Assembly (NCBI GenBank): GCA_036564925.1
Contig: DATCOB010000105.1
Span: 1,075-65,074 of the forward strand
Reading direction: 5' to 3'
Origin: Candidatus Dormiibacterota bacterium
GTDB lineage: Bacteria > Chloroflexota > Dormibacteria > CF-121
Length of the DNA stretch: 64,000 bases
The stretch's first letter is position 1. Each line of letters opens with the position of its first letter. The position numbers and the translations under genes were made by a program. Under the pieces are notes generated by a model, which ran no database searches, was not told the origin of the DNA, and worked only from the letters and a program-made list of their open reading frames with translations. This document shows positions 32,462-42,918 of this stretch, piece by piece.

Positions 32462-33904
32462 GTGAAAGATCTTGCGGAGGCGGCGCTGAATGCCGCGCAG
32501 GTGAAGGGGGCTAGCTATGCCGACGTTCGTCTGAGCCACCACGCGCAGCAAAACGTCGTCGTCAAGAATGGCGAGCTCGCGGCGGTGTCCGATGACGCCA
32601 ACGAGGGCTTCGGAGTCCGCGTCATCGTGGACGGCGCCTGGGGTTTTGCGGGAAGTGCGCGACTACGCGGTGGGGAGATCGAGTCCGTGGTCGACCGCGC
32701 CATCCGGATCGCGAAAGCGAGTGCGCGCGTTCGGTCCGGCCGGGTGGACCTGGGTGCGCCGGTGGCGTCGCGGGGAACCTACAGGACGCCGGTCGAGCGG
32801 GACCCGTTCACGATTCCCCTTGGCGATAAGATCGACCTGCTGCTTCGCGCCGACGCTGCCATGGCGTCGGTGAAAGGGGTCACCATCCGCGAAGGATCGA
32901 TGGAGTTCATCCGCGAGGTGAAGACCTTCGCGTCCACGGAGGGCGCCTTTACCGAGCAGGAACTGTACGAGAGTGGTGCCGGCATCGAGGCTACGGCGAC
33001 CAGTGCCGACGATGTGCAGAACCGCTCCTATCCGAATTCCTTCGGGCGGCACCAGGGCGCGGGCGGCTATGAGTACATCGAAGCCATGCATCTCGATCGT
33101 CACGGCGAGCAAATCGGGGAAGAGGCGGTGGCGCTATTGCGGGCGCCACAATGCCCGAGCGGTGTCAAAACGTTGATCCTCGATGCCAGCCAGACCGCCC
33201 TGCAGATCCACGAGTCCTGCGGGCATCCGACCGAGCTGGATCGTGTCTTTGGTATGGAGGCCGCCTACGCGGGCACGAGCTTCATGACGCCGGACAAGCT
33301 CCATCACCTGCGTTACGGATCCGGAGCGGTCACCATCACGGCCGACGCGCTTACGCCGACCGGTCTCGGTACCTTCGGCTGGGATGACGAGGGTGTCCCG
33401 GCCCAACGGACCTACCTCATCAAGGACGGATTGTTCGTTGGCTATCTGACCTCGCGCGAGACTGCGTCGGTGATGGGCCAGGAGAGTAATGGCACGATGC
33501 GCGCCGACGGCTGGAACCGAATTCCCTTGATTCGGATGACGAATGTCAACCTGGAGCCAGGCGAGTCCACGCTCGAGGAGATGATCGCCGGCACGAGGGA
33601 CGGCGTCTACATGGAGACCAACCGCAGCTGGAGCATTGACGACAAGCGCCTCAACTTTCAGTTCGGGACCCAGCTCGCCTACGCCATCGTCAACGGCAAA
33701 CGGGCCGGGCTTTTGAAGAACGCCACCTATGCGGGGATCACTCCGGAGTTCTGGAATTCCTGCGATGCGGTCGCCGGCCACGCGGAGTGGAAGGTGTGGG
33801 GGCTGGCCAACTGCGGCAAGGGTCAGCCGCCGCAGGTGGCCCACGTCGCTCATGGCGCGGCACCCGCTCGATTCCAGAACGTGAAAGTCGGGATCCTCAA
33901 ATGA
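32462..33904 (+). CDS. tldD: TldD family metalloprotease
   Basis: GTG start after a GGAGGAGGA SD. HESCGHPTELDRV (HExxxH) motif and GAWGFAGS region typical of TldD. Confidence 0.85.
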   Translation: MKDLAEAALNAAQVKGASYADVRLSHHAQQNVVVKNGELAAVSDDANEGFGVRVIVDGAWGFAGSARLRGGEIESVVDRAIRIAKASARVRSGRVDLGAPVASRGTYRTPVERDPFTIPLGDKIDLLLRADAAMASVKGVTIREGSMEFIREVKTFASTEGAFTEQELYESGAGIEATATSADDVQNRSYPNSFGRHQGAGGYEYIEAMHLDRHGEQIGEEAVALLRAPQCPSGVKTLILDASQTALQIHESCGHPTELDRVFGMEAAYAGTSFMTPDKLHHLRYGSGAVTITADALTPTGLGTFGWDDEGVPAQRTYLIKDGLFVGYLTSRETASVMGQESNGTMRADGWNRIPLIRMTNVNLEPGESTLEEMIAGTRDGVYMETNRSWSIDDKRLNFQFGTQLAYAIVNGKRAGLLKNATYAGITPEFWNSCDAVAGHAEWKVWGLANCGKGQPPQVAHVAHGAAPARFQNVKVGILK

Positions 33905-35244
33905 AGCGTCTGGATGTGGGAACGCTGACCGACGCGGATGAGGTCAAACAATTCGCCGACGGCCTCATCGCCCGGTCTGTGGCCGACCAGACGGAGGTCA
34001 TGGTCACCGAATGGGACAGCGCGCTGACCCGGTTCGCCAACAATGGCATTCACCAGAACGTCGCGGAGCGCAACGTCAGCGTCCGCGTGCGGGTGGTGAA
34101 GGATGGCAAGACGGGGGTCGCGTCGCTGAACCAGATGAACGAGGCGGCGGCGCGGACGGTGCTGGAGCGCGCCCTGGCGATCGCCGACCTGCAACGGCCG
34201 GGCGAGATCGTGCCCATGCCCGAACCGGCCCAGGCGCCGCAGGTCGATGCCTGGTCGGATGCGACCGCGAATGCCACGCCCGAGGCGCGCGCTGATTTCG
34301 TCGCGAACGTCTGCCGCCAGTCGAGCGCGTCGTCGCTCAAGGCATTCGGCGCCTTCAGCACCACCGCCGGCCAGTTCACCATCGTCAACTCCTTAGGCGT
34401 GTACCAGTATCACCGGTCCACTCAGGCCGTCGTGAATTGTGTGGTCATGGGCGACGCCGGTTCGGGGTACGCCGACCGGTCTGCCATCGCCGTGGCCGAT
34501 CTCGACAGCGACGAGCTGTCGCAGGAGGTGATCGACAAGGCCCGCCGCAACCAGGATGCCCAGCCGGTGGAGCCGGGCACCTACGAGGTGGTGCTCGAAG
34601 AGTACGCGGTCGCGGAGATGCTGGAGTTCCTCAGCCTGATGGGCTTCAGCGCGCTGGCGGCGCAGGAAGAGCGAAGCTTCATGCGCCTCGGCGAGCGCAT
34701 CACGGGGGAACCGGTGGCCATCTGGGACGATGGCCTGGATCGATCCGGACTGCCGGCCCCCTTCGACTTCGAGGGCGTCCCCAAACAGCGCGTCGACCTG
34801 ATCAAAAACGGGGTCGCGACGGGCCTGGTCTATGACCAGCAAACGGCCAGGCGAGCCGGGCGACCATCGACCGGGCACGGCCTGCCGGCACCGAATACGG
34901 AAGGCCCCTACGCGGTCAACCTGTTCATGGCACCGGGCACGGTCCCCAAAGAGCAGCTCGCCGACGGAATCAAACGCGGCATCTGGATTACCCGGTTCTG
35001 GTACGTCCGGGTCGTTCAACCCAAGGCCTCGATCATCACCGGGATGACGCGCGAGGGAACGTTCTTGATCGAGAACGGCAAGGTGACCCGACCGGTGAAG
35101 GATCTTCGCTTCACGCAGAGTATTCTCAGCGCCCTCGATGGGACGCAAGCGCTGAGCACCACCACCAAGCTGCAGGCGAGCGAGTACTTCGGTGCGGCGC
35201 GCGTCCCGGCCGTCCGCCTCAAGGCCTTCACGTTTACCAGTTGA
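33901..35244 (+). CDS. pmbA: PmbA/TldE family protein (partner of TldD)
   Basis: ATG overlapping the tldD stop (ATGA). TldD/PmbA fold without HExxxH, as expected for the TldE partner. Confidence 0.8.
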   Translation: MKRLDVGTLTDADEVKQFADGLIARSVADQTEVMVTEWDSALTRFANNGIHQNVAERNVSVRVRVVKDGKTGVASLNQMNEAAARTVLERALAIADLQRPGEIVPMPEPAQAPQVDAWSDATANATPEARADFVANVCRQSSASSLKAFGAFSTTAGQFTIVNSLGVYQYHRSTQAVVNCVVMGDAGSGYADRSAIAVADLDSDELSQEVIDKARRNQDAQPVEPGTYEVVLEEYAVAEMLEFLSLMGFSALAAQEERSFMRLGERITGEPVAIWDDGLDRSGLPAPFDFEGVPKQRVDLIKNGVATGLVYDQQTARRAGRPSTGHGLPAPNTEGPYAVNLFMAPGTVPKEQLADGIKRGIWITRFWYVRVVQPKASIITGMTREGTFLIENGKVTRPVKDLRFTQSILSALDGTQALSTTTKLQASEYFGAARVPAVRLKAFTFTS

Positions 35245-35963
35245 GCGCGCCGGTCATCGGTTTGCCGGCCCTGGCCATTCCTGCGGGCGTCAAGCCGCCG
35301 CGCTTTGGCATCAACCAGGCCTACGTCCACGCCCTGCTTCTTGCCGGATGTGCCCCGGTTCTGATCCCCATCATCGACGACGACGACCGACTTCGGGCGA
35401 TCTACCAGCGCCTCGACGGCATCGTGTTTCCGGGCGGCGAGGACGTCGCCCCGCAGGAGTATGGTGAGGCGCCGATCGGCACCCTCAACGTGGTGGAGAC
35501 GTCGCGCGACAGGACCGAGCTCACGCTGGCGCGGTGGGCTGTCGCCGACGATCTGCCGGTGCTGGGGATCTGCCGAGGCCAGCAGTTGTTGAATGTGGCA
35601 CTGGGTGGGACGCTCTTCCAGGACCTACGGGTTGAGGGAGCGACCGCGGTCGACCACTCGGACGCCGACGGGCGTCGTCGCGCGGACCTTGTTCACCGGA
35701 TCCGCCTGGACCCCGACTCGCGGCTGGCTCAACTGATCGATGAGACCACCCTGATGGTCAACAGCCTGCACCACCAGGCGGTCAAGCAGGTGGCCCCGGT
35801 CCTGAAGATCGTTGGCCACGCGGATGATGGCGTCGTCGAGGCGGTCGAGTCGGTCGATCACCGCTTCCTGATCGCGGTGCAGTGGCACCCAGAGGAGCTG
35901 TTGGATCTCCCCTGGGTGAAGCGTCTCTTTTCGGGTTTCGCCGCGGCCGCGAAGCCACGATAA
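35241..35963 (+). CDS. Class I glutamine amidotransferase-like hydrolase, peptidase C26 (gamma-glutamyl-GABA hydrolase/PuuD-like)
   Basis: GICRGQQLLNVALGG (catalytic Cys) and HHQAV (His) motifs. TTG start overlapping the pmbA stop. Confidence 0.75.
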   Translation: MSAPVIGLPALAIPAGVKPPRFGINQAYVHALLLAGCAPVLIPIIDDDDRLRAIYQRLDGIVFPGGEDVAPQEYGEAPIGTLNVVETSRDRTELTLARWAVADDLPVLGICRGQQLLNVALGGTLFQDLRVEGATAVDHSDADGRRRADLVHRIRLDPDSRLAQLIDETTLMVNSLHHQAVKQVAPVLKIVGHADDGVVEAVESVDHRFLIAVQWHPEELLDLPWVKRLFSGFAAAAKPR

Positions 35964-35969
35964 GACGGG

Positions 35970-38306
35970 TCAGGCGGCCTGGGGCAGCGTCACCGGCTTG
36001 GGCTCGAGCGCGGTCTTAAGGACCTGGCGCACGTCCTTGACGAGATGAATCGTCATCGCCGTCCTGACGCTTTCCGGAAGGTCGTCGAGATCCGCCTCGT
36101 TGCGATACGGCAGGATCACCTCGGTGAGGCCGGCACGATGGGCCGCAAGCAACTTCTGCTTGACGCCGCCGATTGGGAGAACCTTGCCCTGCAGCGTTAC
36201 CTCGCCGGTCATCCCGACGGTGCTCCGGACCGGCCTGCCGGTGAGCAAGCTGACCAGGGCGGTGACCATGGTGATGCCCGCCGAGGGCCCGTCTTTCGGT
36301 ACGGCGCCGGCGGGCACATGAACATGGATCGACTTGTCCTCGAAGCCCGCGTCGATGCCGAGCTCCTGGCGATGCGAGCGGACGTACGACAGCCCGATCT
36401 GGACCGATTCCTTCATCACGTCGCCGAGCTGCCCGGTCAAGGTGAGACCCTTGGCCCCGTCCATCAGGGCCGCCTCCACGAAGAGCACCTCACCGCCCGT
36501 CCCGGTGACCGCGAGCCCGGTCGCCACGCCGGCGACCTCGGTGCGTTCGGCGGCCTCGGCGTGAAACCTGGCGCGGCCCAGGTACGTGCGGATGTCGCCG
36601 CCATCGACCACCACCGGCGTCCTCGCCTTCCCGGACTCCAGCCCGGTGGCCACCTTCCTCAGCAGCCGGCCCAGTTCCCGTTCGAGGTTGCGAACGCCCG
36701 CCTCGCGAGTGTGATCGCTGATGATCTGACGGAGCGCGGCATCTGACACCACGACCTCGTCCGCCGTCAGTCCGTTTCGTTCGAGCTGACGCCCGAGCAG
36801 GTGATCTCGGGCGATGCCCAACTTCTCTTCCTCGGTGTAGCCGTCCAGCCGGATGATTTCCATCCGATCCAGGAGCGGCGCCGGGATCGTTTCCGCCACG
36901 TTCGCGGTGGGGATGAAGAGGACCTCCGACAGGTCGAGATCGACGTCGAGGTAGTGATCGCGGAAGGAGTGGTTCTGGGCTGGGTCCAAAACCTCGAGCA
37001 GCGCGGACGCCGGGTCCCCGCGCCAGTCCTGGCCGACCTTGTCGATCTCGTCCAGCATGATCACCGGGTTGCGAGTCCCGGCCTCTTTGAGGGCGCGCGC
37101 GATTCGACCCGGCAGTGCGCCGACATACGTTCGCCGGTGACCCCGGATCTCCGCCTCATCGTGGATGCCGCCTAGCGAGATGCGCGTGAACTTGCGGCCG
37201 AGGGCTCGCGCGACCGATTCGCCCAGCGAGGTTTTGCCCACCCCGGGCGGCCCGACGAGGGTGATGATGGCGCCCGAGCCGCGCCCGCCGATCACCTCGA
37301 GGCCGCGTGTGTCGCGCCGCTTTCGAACCGCGAGAAATTCGATGATGCGATCTTTGACATCGTCGAGCCCGGTGTGGTCCTGGTCGAGGACGCGCCGAGC
37401 CTCGGCGACGTCGAACTGGTCCACCGTTCGCTTGTTCCAGGGGAGCTCGACCATCCAGTCGAGGTAGTTCCGGATCCAGCCGGCCTCCGGGTTCTGCTCG
37501 CTCGTGCGCTCGAGGCGGTCGAGTTCGCGCTCGACCTCCTTGCGAACAGCGTCCGGCATTTCCGCGGCGCCGATCTTCGTGCGGTATTCCGCGACGATGT
37601 CGCCGTCACCTTCGCCGAGCTCCTTCTTGATCGCGTCCATCTGCTGGCGGAGCAGGAACTCGCGCTGCCGCTTCTCCATCCCCTCGTTGACCTCGGTGCG
37701 GATCTTGTCCTTGAGCGACGCTTCGGCCAGGATGTCGCGGGTCCAGGCGATCAGCATCTTGAGCCGTTCCTCCACGTCGAGGGTTTCGAGCACCTCGACC
37801 TTGCGCTCCAGGGAGAGGTCCGGCGAGTAGCCGGACATGTCGGCAAGCTGGCTCGGTTTGTCGATGGCACGGATCATTTGCATCGCCTCGGTCGCGCCGC
37901 GGATCTCCAGCAGGTTCTCGATCAGCGCGCGGTACTCGCGAGCCAACAGATGGGCTCGCTCGCTGAGCGGATTGCGCTCGGTTACGGATTGCGCCAGGAC
38001 TCGCAGCGCGGGCCCGGTTCCGGCGGCGGCGCTCCCCACGCTGGCCCGGTGAAGGCCCTGAAGGATGGCCACTTCGATCCCATTGGGCAGTTTGCGCGAG
38101 TCCTCGACGCGAGCCACGGTCCCGAGGCTGGCGTAACGTCCCTCGACCCGCGGGACGAGGAGGACGAGGTTGCCTTCCGCGCGCGCCGCGCGAATTGCGG
38201 CCTGGGCCTCGTCCCGCTCGAGCGGGATGGTCACCATCATGTTCGGGAGCACGACCCCATTGTTCAGGGGCAGAAGTGGGATGAGGTCAGTCTTCAAATC
38301 GGTCAT
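35970..38306 (-). CDS. lon: ATP-dependent Lon protease
   Basis: LON N-domain, AAA+ (GPPGVGKTSLG), S16 protease domain with PKDGPSAG catalytic Ser. 778 aa. SD AGGAAGGAG upstream. Confidence 0.95.
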   Translation of the reverse strand: MTDLKTDLIPLLPLNNGVVLPNMMVTIPLERDEAQAAIRAARAEGNLVLLVPRVEGRYASLGTVARVEDSRKLPNGIEVAILQGLHRASVGSAAAGTGPALRVLAQSVTERNPLSERAHLLAREYRALIENLLEIRGATEAMQMIRAIDKPSQLADMSGYSPDLSLERKVEVLETLDVEERLKMLIAWTRDILAEASLKDKIRTEVNEGMEKRQREFLLRQQMDAIKKELGEGDGDIVAEYRTKIGAAEMPDAVRKEVERELDRLERTSEQNPEAGWIRNYLDWMVELPWNKRTVDQFDVAEARRVLDQDHTGLDDVKDRIIEFLAVRKRRDTRGLEVIGGRGSGAIITLVGPPGVGKTSLGESVARALGRKFTRISLGGIHDEAEIRGHRRTYVGALPGRIARALKEAGTRNPVIMLDEIDKVGQDWRGDPASALLEVLDPAQNHSFRDHYLDVDLDLSEVLFIPTANVAETIPAPLLDRMEIIRLDGYTEEEKLGIARDHLLGRQLERNGLTADEVVVSDAALRQIISDHTREAGVRNLERELGRLLRKVATGLESGKARTPVVVDGGDIRTYLGRARFHAEAAERTEVAGVATGLAVTGTGGEVLFVEAALMDGAKGLTLTGQLGDVMKESVQIGLSYVRSHRQELGIDAGFEDKSIHVHVPAGAVPKDGPSAGITMVTALVSLLTGRPVRSTVGMTGEVTLQGKVLPIGGVKQKLLAAHRAGLTEVILPYRNEADLDDLPESVRTAMTIHLVKDVRQVLKTALEPKPVTLPQAA

Positions 38307-38396
38307 GGATAACTCCTTCCTAATGCTCTTCCGGGTTGAACCGTTGAGCTATTTCGTTTATGCCCAAATCCCCCGCCTCCAAACTGGTGAAGCGGC

Positions 38397-39617
38397 TCAC
38401 TCAGGGGACTCCCCCACTGGTGGCAGCTCGAAGACCAGCTCGGTTCCGTCGATCTCATCCTCCTGCACGCCCACCTGGTGAAACCCGAGGCGGCGCGCCA
38501 TCGCCAGGGAAGCGGCGTTGTTCGGGCCGATGCTGAGAAATACGGAACGGGTCCCCTGTTGCGCCGCCCATTCGAGGAGGGCTCGGACTGCCTCGATAGC
38601 GTATCCCTGCCGCCGCCAGGGTGGGAAGACGCTGTAACCCATCTCCGCTCGTCCGACCAGGGCTGGCGGCCCATGGAATCCGATCGACCCGATGACGGTC
38701 GGCGGTTGCCGCAAGACGATCAACCGAACCATCCAGCCGCGTCCTTCCGGCAGTTGCTGGATCCGCTGCAGCTGGACCTCCAGAAAGGACCGATCCTGGT
38801 CGCCGCCGAACGCGGCCGGGATCGGCAGCCCGACCAGCCGCTCGGCCGTTTGCCGGTCGCCTGCAAGGAGATCGCGGATGGCCTGAGCGGTGAGGAGAAC
38901 GAGCCGCAGGCGCGGGGTGACGACGGCGGCGTCCTCGTCGCCACCGGGTTGGCCCCGAAGCCCGGCGAGGCCGGCGCGGATGGACTGGTAGACGAGCTCC
39001 GGCGACCGATCCGAGTCGACCTCGACCAGCCGGTGGCCTCGACGGTAGTACTCGGTCAGGGGCGCGGTCTGGACCAGGTAGACCTCGATCCGGTGCCGAA
39101 CGACCTCTGGGCGGTCATCGCTTCGCTGGGTCAGAGCGCTCCCATCCACGGGACACGTCGGCGTCGTCCCCGGGGGGATCGCCGCCGGACTGGACACGGC
39201 GCCGCATCTTGGGCAAACGTAGCGATGGCTCAGCCGGTCGATCAGGGTGGCCGGGGGGATGGCCAGGTAAACCGCGGCATCGATCGGACGCTGTAACGCG
39301 TCCAGCATCGAATCCAGGGCCTCACCCTGGGCACCTGTTCGTGGGAAGCCGTCGAGGATGAAACCATTCACGGTATCGGGGTCGCCGAGTCGATGACGGA
39401 TGATGTCGATCACGAGACTGTCCGGGACGAGTTCGCCATGGTCGAGGTAGTGGCGGAGCTGGCCCCCATGCGTGCTGTCGGCCTGTTGCTGGGCTCGCAG
39501 GATGTCGCCCGTGGAAATGGCCGGGATCCGCAACGCGAGGGAAAGCCTGGCGGCCTGGGTGCCTTTCCCGGATCCGGGCGGGCCGAGCAGGACGAGGTGG
39601 ACCGGCCTGGGGGACAC
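38397..39617 (-). CDS. adk: Adenylate kinase (zinc-lid type) fused to a C-terminal GNAT N-acetyltransferase domain
   Basis: N-terminal GPPGSGKGTQA P-loop, NMP-binding and LID with CPRCG...CPVDG zinc ligands. A GNAT fold (RRQGYAIEAVRALLEWA, acetyl-CoA binding motif) follows continuously, with no stop or frameshift. 406 aa. Confidence 0.75.
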   Translation of the reverse strand: MSPRPVHLVLLGPPGSGKGTQAARLSLALRIPAISTGDILRAQQQADSTHGGQLRHYLDHGELVPDSLVIDIIRHRLGDPDTVNGFILDGFPRTGAQGEALDSMLDALQRPIDAAVYLAIPPATLIDRLSHRYVCPRCGAVSSPAAIPPGTTPTCPVDGSALTQRSDDRPEVVRHRIEVYLVQTAPLTEYYRRGHRLVEVDSDRSPELVYQSIRAGLAGLRGQPGGDEDAAVVTPRLRLVLLTAQAIRDLLAGDRQTAERLVGLPIPAAFGGDQDRSFLEVQLQRIQQLPEGRGWMVRLIVLRQPPTVIGSIGFHGPPALVGRAEMGYSVFPPWRRQGYAIEAVRALLEWAAQQGTRSVFLSIGPNNAASLAMARRLGFHQVGVQEDEIDGTELVFELPPVGESPE

Positions 39618-40351
39618 TATGGGCAGGGGAAGCCGATCGCTTCTTGATAGGCGGCGGCGGCCTGGTCCTGGCTGATGTACCCGTCGTGGACCATCTGGGC
39701 GAGGACGGCGAAGTGTCGGGCTCGAGCCGCGCAGGGGTTGTGGTAGAGGTCATAGAAAGATGGGGATTGTGGGAGTCCGGCCAGCATGGAGGCGCGAGCC
39801 AGATCGAGCTCATCCGGCCTCATCTGGAAGTAGACCCGGGCGGCCTGTCCGATGCCGTAGGCGCCGTGACCAAAGTAGACGGAGTTCAGGTAGCTCTCCA
39901 GGATCTGGTGCTTGCCGAACCGAGCCTCGAGTTTGAGCGCCAGCACCAGGTCCTCGGGCTTGCGCCAGCCATCATCACTGTGGTTCATGTAGAGGTTCTT
40001 GACCAGCTGCTGGCTCAGCGTGCTGCCTCCCTCCAGCGGCCGGCGATGGTAGAGATCGGCAAAGAACGCCCGAAGGAGACCCTGGCTGTCGATGCCATGG
40101 TGCTCGTAGAAGCGCTCATCCTCGATCGCGATCAGGGCCTCGCTGAGCTGGTCTGGGACCCGGGCGAGGGGCACCCTGGCTCCACCGTGGGCGCTGAGCA
40201 CCGCGTCCACGCGCTTTCCAAGGTCATCGACGGGTGGGGTGACGGCCAGGCCGATTGCCGTGGCAATGCCGACCAGGGCCGGAACGCCCAGGGCGACGGC
40301 CAGGATGATTACCCCGATCCGCCGACCGCGCCCGGCTCCGGGTCTCTGCAT
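39617..40351 (-). CDS. mtgA: Monofunctional biosynthetic peptidoglycan transglycosylase (GT51)
   Basis: N-terminal TM anchor. GT51 motifs EDERFYEHHGID, GGSTLSQQLVKN, RKPED...KLEA. Confidence 0.8.
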   Translation of the reverse strand: MQRPGAGRGRRIGVIILAVALGVPALVGIATAIGLAVTPPVDDLGKRVDAVLSAHGGARVPLARVPDQLSEALIAIEDERFYEHHGIDSQGLLRAFFADLYHRRPLEGGSTLSQQLVKNLYMNHSDDGWRKPEDLVLALKLEARFGKHQILESYLNSVYFGHGAYGIGQAARVYFQMRPDELDLARASMLAGLPQSPSFYDLYHNPCAARARHFAVLAQMVHDGYISQDQAAAAYQEAIGFPCP

Positions 40352-40424
40352 CGCGCTGAATTGTAAGTTCGCCGTGCCTTGCAGGCGACCGAAACCGCGC
40401 CCCGGTCGGCGTTAGAATTGACCT

Positions 40425-41333
40425 GTGGTCGAAGCCTCCTCGTCACTGAACGACCGGCGCGGTACCTGGAAGGTCAAAGCCGGCCTGGCGGAGATGCTGA
40501 AGGGCGGCGTGATCATGGACGTGGTCACCGCCGAACAGGCCAAGATCGCGGAGGATGCCGGGGCGGTCGCCGTGATGGCCCTGGAGCGCGTTCCCGCCGA
40601 TATCCGCCGTGAGGGCGGCGTCGCCCGGATGAGCGACCCGGGGTTGATCACCGGGATCATCGATTCGGTCACCATTCCGGTGATGGCGAAATGCCGCATC
40701 GGCCATTTCGTGGAGGCCCAGGTCCTGCAATCCCTGGGCGTCGACTACATCGACGAGAGTGAGGTCCTGACGCCCGCCGATGAGGAGCACCACATCAACA
40801 AGCATGGCTTCGAAGTGCCGTTCGTCTGCGGCTGCCGTGACCTCGGCGAGGCGCTCCGCCGCATCGCCGAAGGGGCGGCGATGATCCGGACAAAGGGCGA
40901 GGCGGGGACTGGAAATGTCGTCGAGGCCGTCCGCCATATGCGCGCCGTGACGGGCACCATCCGACGATTACAGGGGATGGGGCCGGAAGAGCTCGTCGTG
41001 GAGGGCAAGCGCCTGGGAGCCCCCTTCGATCTCCTTGAGGAGACGGCGAAGCTCGGCCGCCTGCCGGTGGTCAATTTCGCCGCCGGCGGGATCGCCACGC
41101 CCGCCGACGCGGCGCTGATGATGCAGCTGGGCTGCGATGGCATCTTCGTTGGCTCGGGCATCTTCAAGGCGGAAAACCCGTCCGCGCGAGCCAAGGCGAT
41201 CGTCGCGGCGACCACCTACTTCGATCGGCCGGACATCCTGGCCGATGCCTCCCGGAGCCTCGGCAAGGCCATGAGGGGGCTCGAGATTGGGGCCATTCCG
41301 GAGGAGGAACTGCTCGCCGGCAGAGGCTGGTGA
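40425..41333 (+). CDS. pdxS: Pyridoxal 5'-phosphate synthase, lyase subunit
   Basis: Highly conserved PdxS sequence ([35 protein letters not shown]). Confidence 0.95.
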   Translation: MVEASSSLNDRRGTWKVKAGLAEMLKGGVIMDVVTAEQAKIAEDAGAVAVMALERVPADIRREGGVARMSDPGLITGIIDSVTIPVMAKCRIGHFVEAQVLQSLGVDYIDESEVLTPADEEHHINKHGFEVPFVCGCRDLGEALRRIAEGAAMIRTKGEAGTGNVVEAVRHMRAVTGTIRRLQGMGPEELVVEGKRLGAPFDLLEETAKLGRLPVVNFAAGGIATPADAALMMQLGCDGIFVGSGIFKAENPSARAKAIVAATTYFDRPDILADASRSLGKAMRGLEIGAIPEEELLAGRGW

Positions 41334-41917
41334 GCTCGCGGCGCCGGGTTGGCGTCCTCGCGCTCCAGGGCGACTTCCGCGAACATCTGGCCGCTCTCCG
41401 CGCCTGTGAGGTAGAGGGTGTCGTCGTGCGCCTGGCCGGCGATCTCGATCCGGTGGATGCCCTGATTCTGCCCGGCGGTGAGAGCACGACCATGGCGCGC
41501 CTCATGCAGCCTGAGCTCCGATCGCAGATCCGCGCCCGCGCGGCCGCCGGGATGCCCGTCCTGGGGACCTGTGCCGGCATGATCCTGATGGCCCGCGAGA
41601 TCCAGGATGGCCGCCCGGACCAGGAGCCTCTTGGATTGATGGACATCGGCGTCCGTCGAAATGCGTACGGCCGGCAGATCGACAGTTTCGAAGCGGAGGT
41701 GGACGCCGCCGTCATCGGGGGGCCAGGGCCGGCGGTCTTCATCAGGGCCCCCCAATTGACCGATCGAGGCAAGGAGGTCGAGGCGCTCGCGCTGCACCGC
41801 GGGTGCCCCGTTGCCCTGAAGCAGGGCAATCGGGTCGCGCTCGCCTTCCATCCGGAGCTCACGCCGGACCGTCGCTGGCACCAGTTCTTCCTCTCTCTCG
41901 ATGGCGAGCGCCGATGA
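41330..41917 (+). CDS. pdxT: Pyridoxal 5'-phosphate synthase, glutaminase subunit
   Basis: GTG start overlapping the pdxS stop. [13 protein letters not shown] and GTCAGMIL (catalytic Cys) motifs. Confidence 0.9.
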   Translation: MSSRRRVGVLALQGDFREHLAALRACEVEGVVVRLAGDLDPVDALILPGGESTTMARLMQPELRSQIRARAAAGMPVLGTCAGMILMAREIQDGRPDQEPLGLMDIGVRRNAYGRQIDSFEAEVDAAVIGGPGPAVFIRAPQLTDRGKEVEALALHRGCPVALKQGNRVALAFHPELTPDRRWHQFFLSLDGERR

Positions 41918-42918
41918 GCCTGCATGTACGTCCCGCCCAACTCAAGGACCTCGCGAGCATCGAGGCCCTCTACCGCCAGCATGTCCGCGAGGCGGAGCGC
42001 TCGCCACTGAAGCGGCAGTTCGCGTCCTCCCGCCTCTGGTTTCTTTTGAACAACGCCTTCGCGTCGATCCTCCCCATCACCTCGGCGGCTGATCATGTGT
42101 ACGTCATGGAGGACGATCGGAAGGCCATCAACGGATTCGTCCAGGCGGAGACTTCGACGCTAGGCCCGCACGCCTGGCAGATCCTGAATCTCTGCCTGAA
42201 CCCCGAGCTGGACCAATTTCAAAACGGCACCGCCCTCCTAGACCACCTCTTCAACGAAGGCCTCAACCGAGGCGTGACGAAGTTCATCGTGCGAGTCCCC
42301 GTCGACGATCCGATCATCGAGCTCTTTTACTCGCGAGGATTTTCGGCCTACGCGACCGAACACGCGCTCCTGAAGGAGTCCGTCGAACCCCGCCCGGTGG
42401 TCCCGCTGGCCGGCTGGCGGGTCATGCGCCGCGAGGATGAGCTTGGTCTCTACCTTCTCTACGTGGCCACCACCCCCAAGCGGGTCGCCGCCGTTGAGGC
42501 GGCCAACTTCACAGAGTGGCGGCGGGCGTTCCAGCCCAGCTCGCGAAGCTCGCGGATCCCGCGCCGGGACGGCCAGCCGCGCTTCGTCGTCGAGCAGGTC
42601 CAGGTGATCGGATGGATGAGCCTGTTGCCGGGTGGCGGCGGCCGCCCCCACACGCTGGGACTGATGGCCGCCGCGCAACCGGTCGACCTCTGGCCGTCCC
42701 TGCTCGAACGAAGCCTGGGCTACGTCGCGCAGCATCGACCGGGGCCGGTATGGTGCAGCCTGCGACACTACGATGAGCGGGCCATCGCGCTGATGCAGCG
42801 GGAAGGCTTCGAGGTGATCGCCTCGCAGACGCTGATGGTCAGGGAGCTTCCGATCAAGGTTCCGGCGCGCGCCCGGGTACGAATCAAGGAAAAGCGGCTG
42901 GTGCCGCAATATGGGTGA
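41914..42918 (+). CDS. GNAT-like N-acetyltransferase family protein (two-lobed), hypothetical
   Basis: ATG overlapping the pdxT stop (ATGA). Weak GNAT-like patterns. 334 aa. Confidence 0.45.
   Translation: MSLHVRPAQLKDLASIEALYRQHVREAERSPLKRQFASSRLWFLLNNAFASILPITSAADHVYVMEDDRKAINGFVQAETSTLGPHAWQILNLCLNPELDQFQNGTALLDHLFNEGLNRGVTKFIVRVPVDDPIIELFYSRGFSAYATEHALLKESVEPRPVVPLAGWRVMRREDELGLYLLYVATTPKRVAAVEAANFTEWRRAFQPSSRSSRIPRRDGQPRFVVEQVQVIGWMSLLPGGGGRPHTLGLMAAAQPVDLWPSLLERSLGYVAQHRPGPVWCSLRHYDERAIALMQREGFEVIASQTLMVRELPIKVPARARVRIKEKRLVPQYG

Noticed and set aside
38281-38310. CTTCAAATC sequence resembling a tRNA-Sec anticodon loop
   Set aside because: It is the reverse complement of the first lon codons (ATG ACC GAT TTG AAG), with no flanking complementary anticodon stem.
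38307-38396. Possible CIRCE/HAIR heat-shock operator upstream of lon
   Set aside because: No match to the TTAGCACTC-N9-GAGTGCTAA inverted repeat or the HspR HAIR consensus. Only a strong SD (AGGAAGGAG) is evident.
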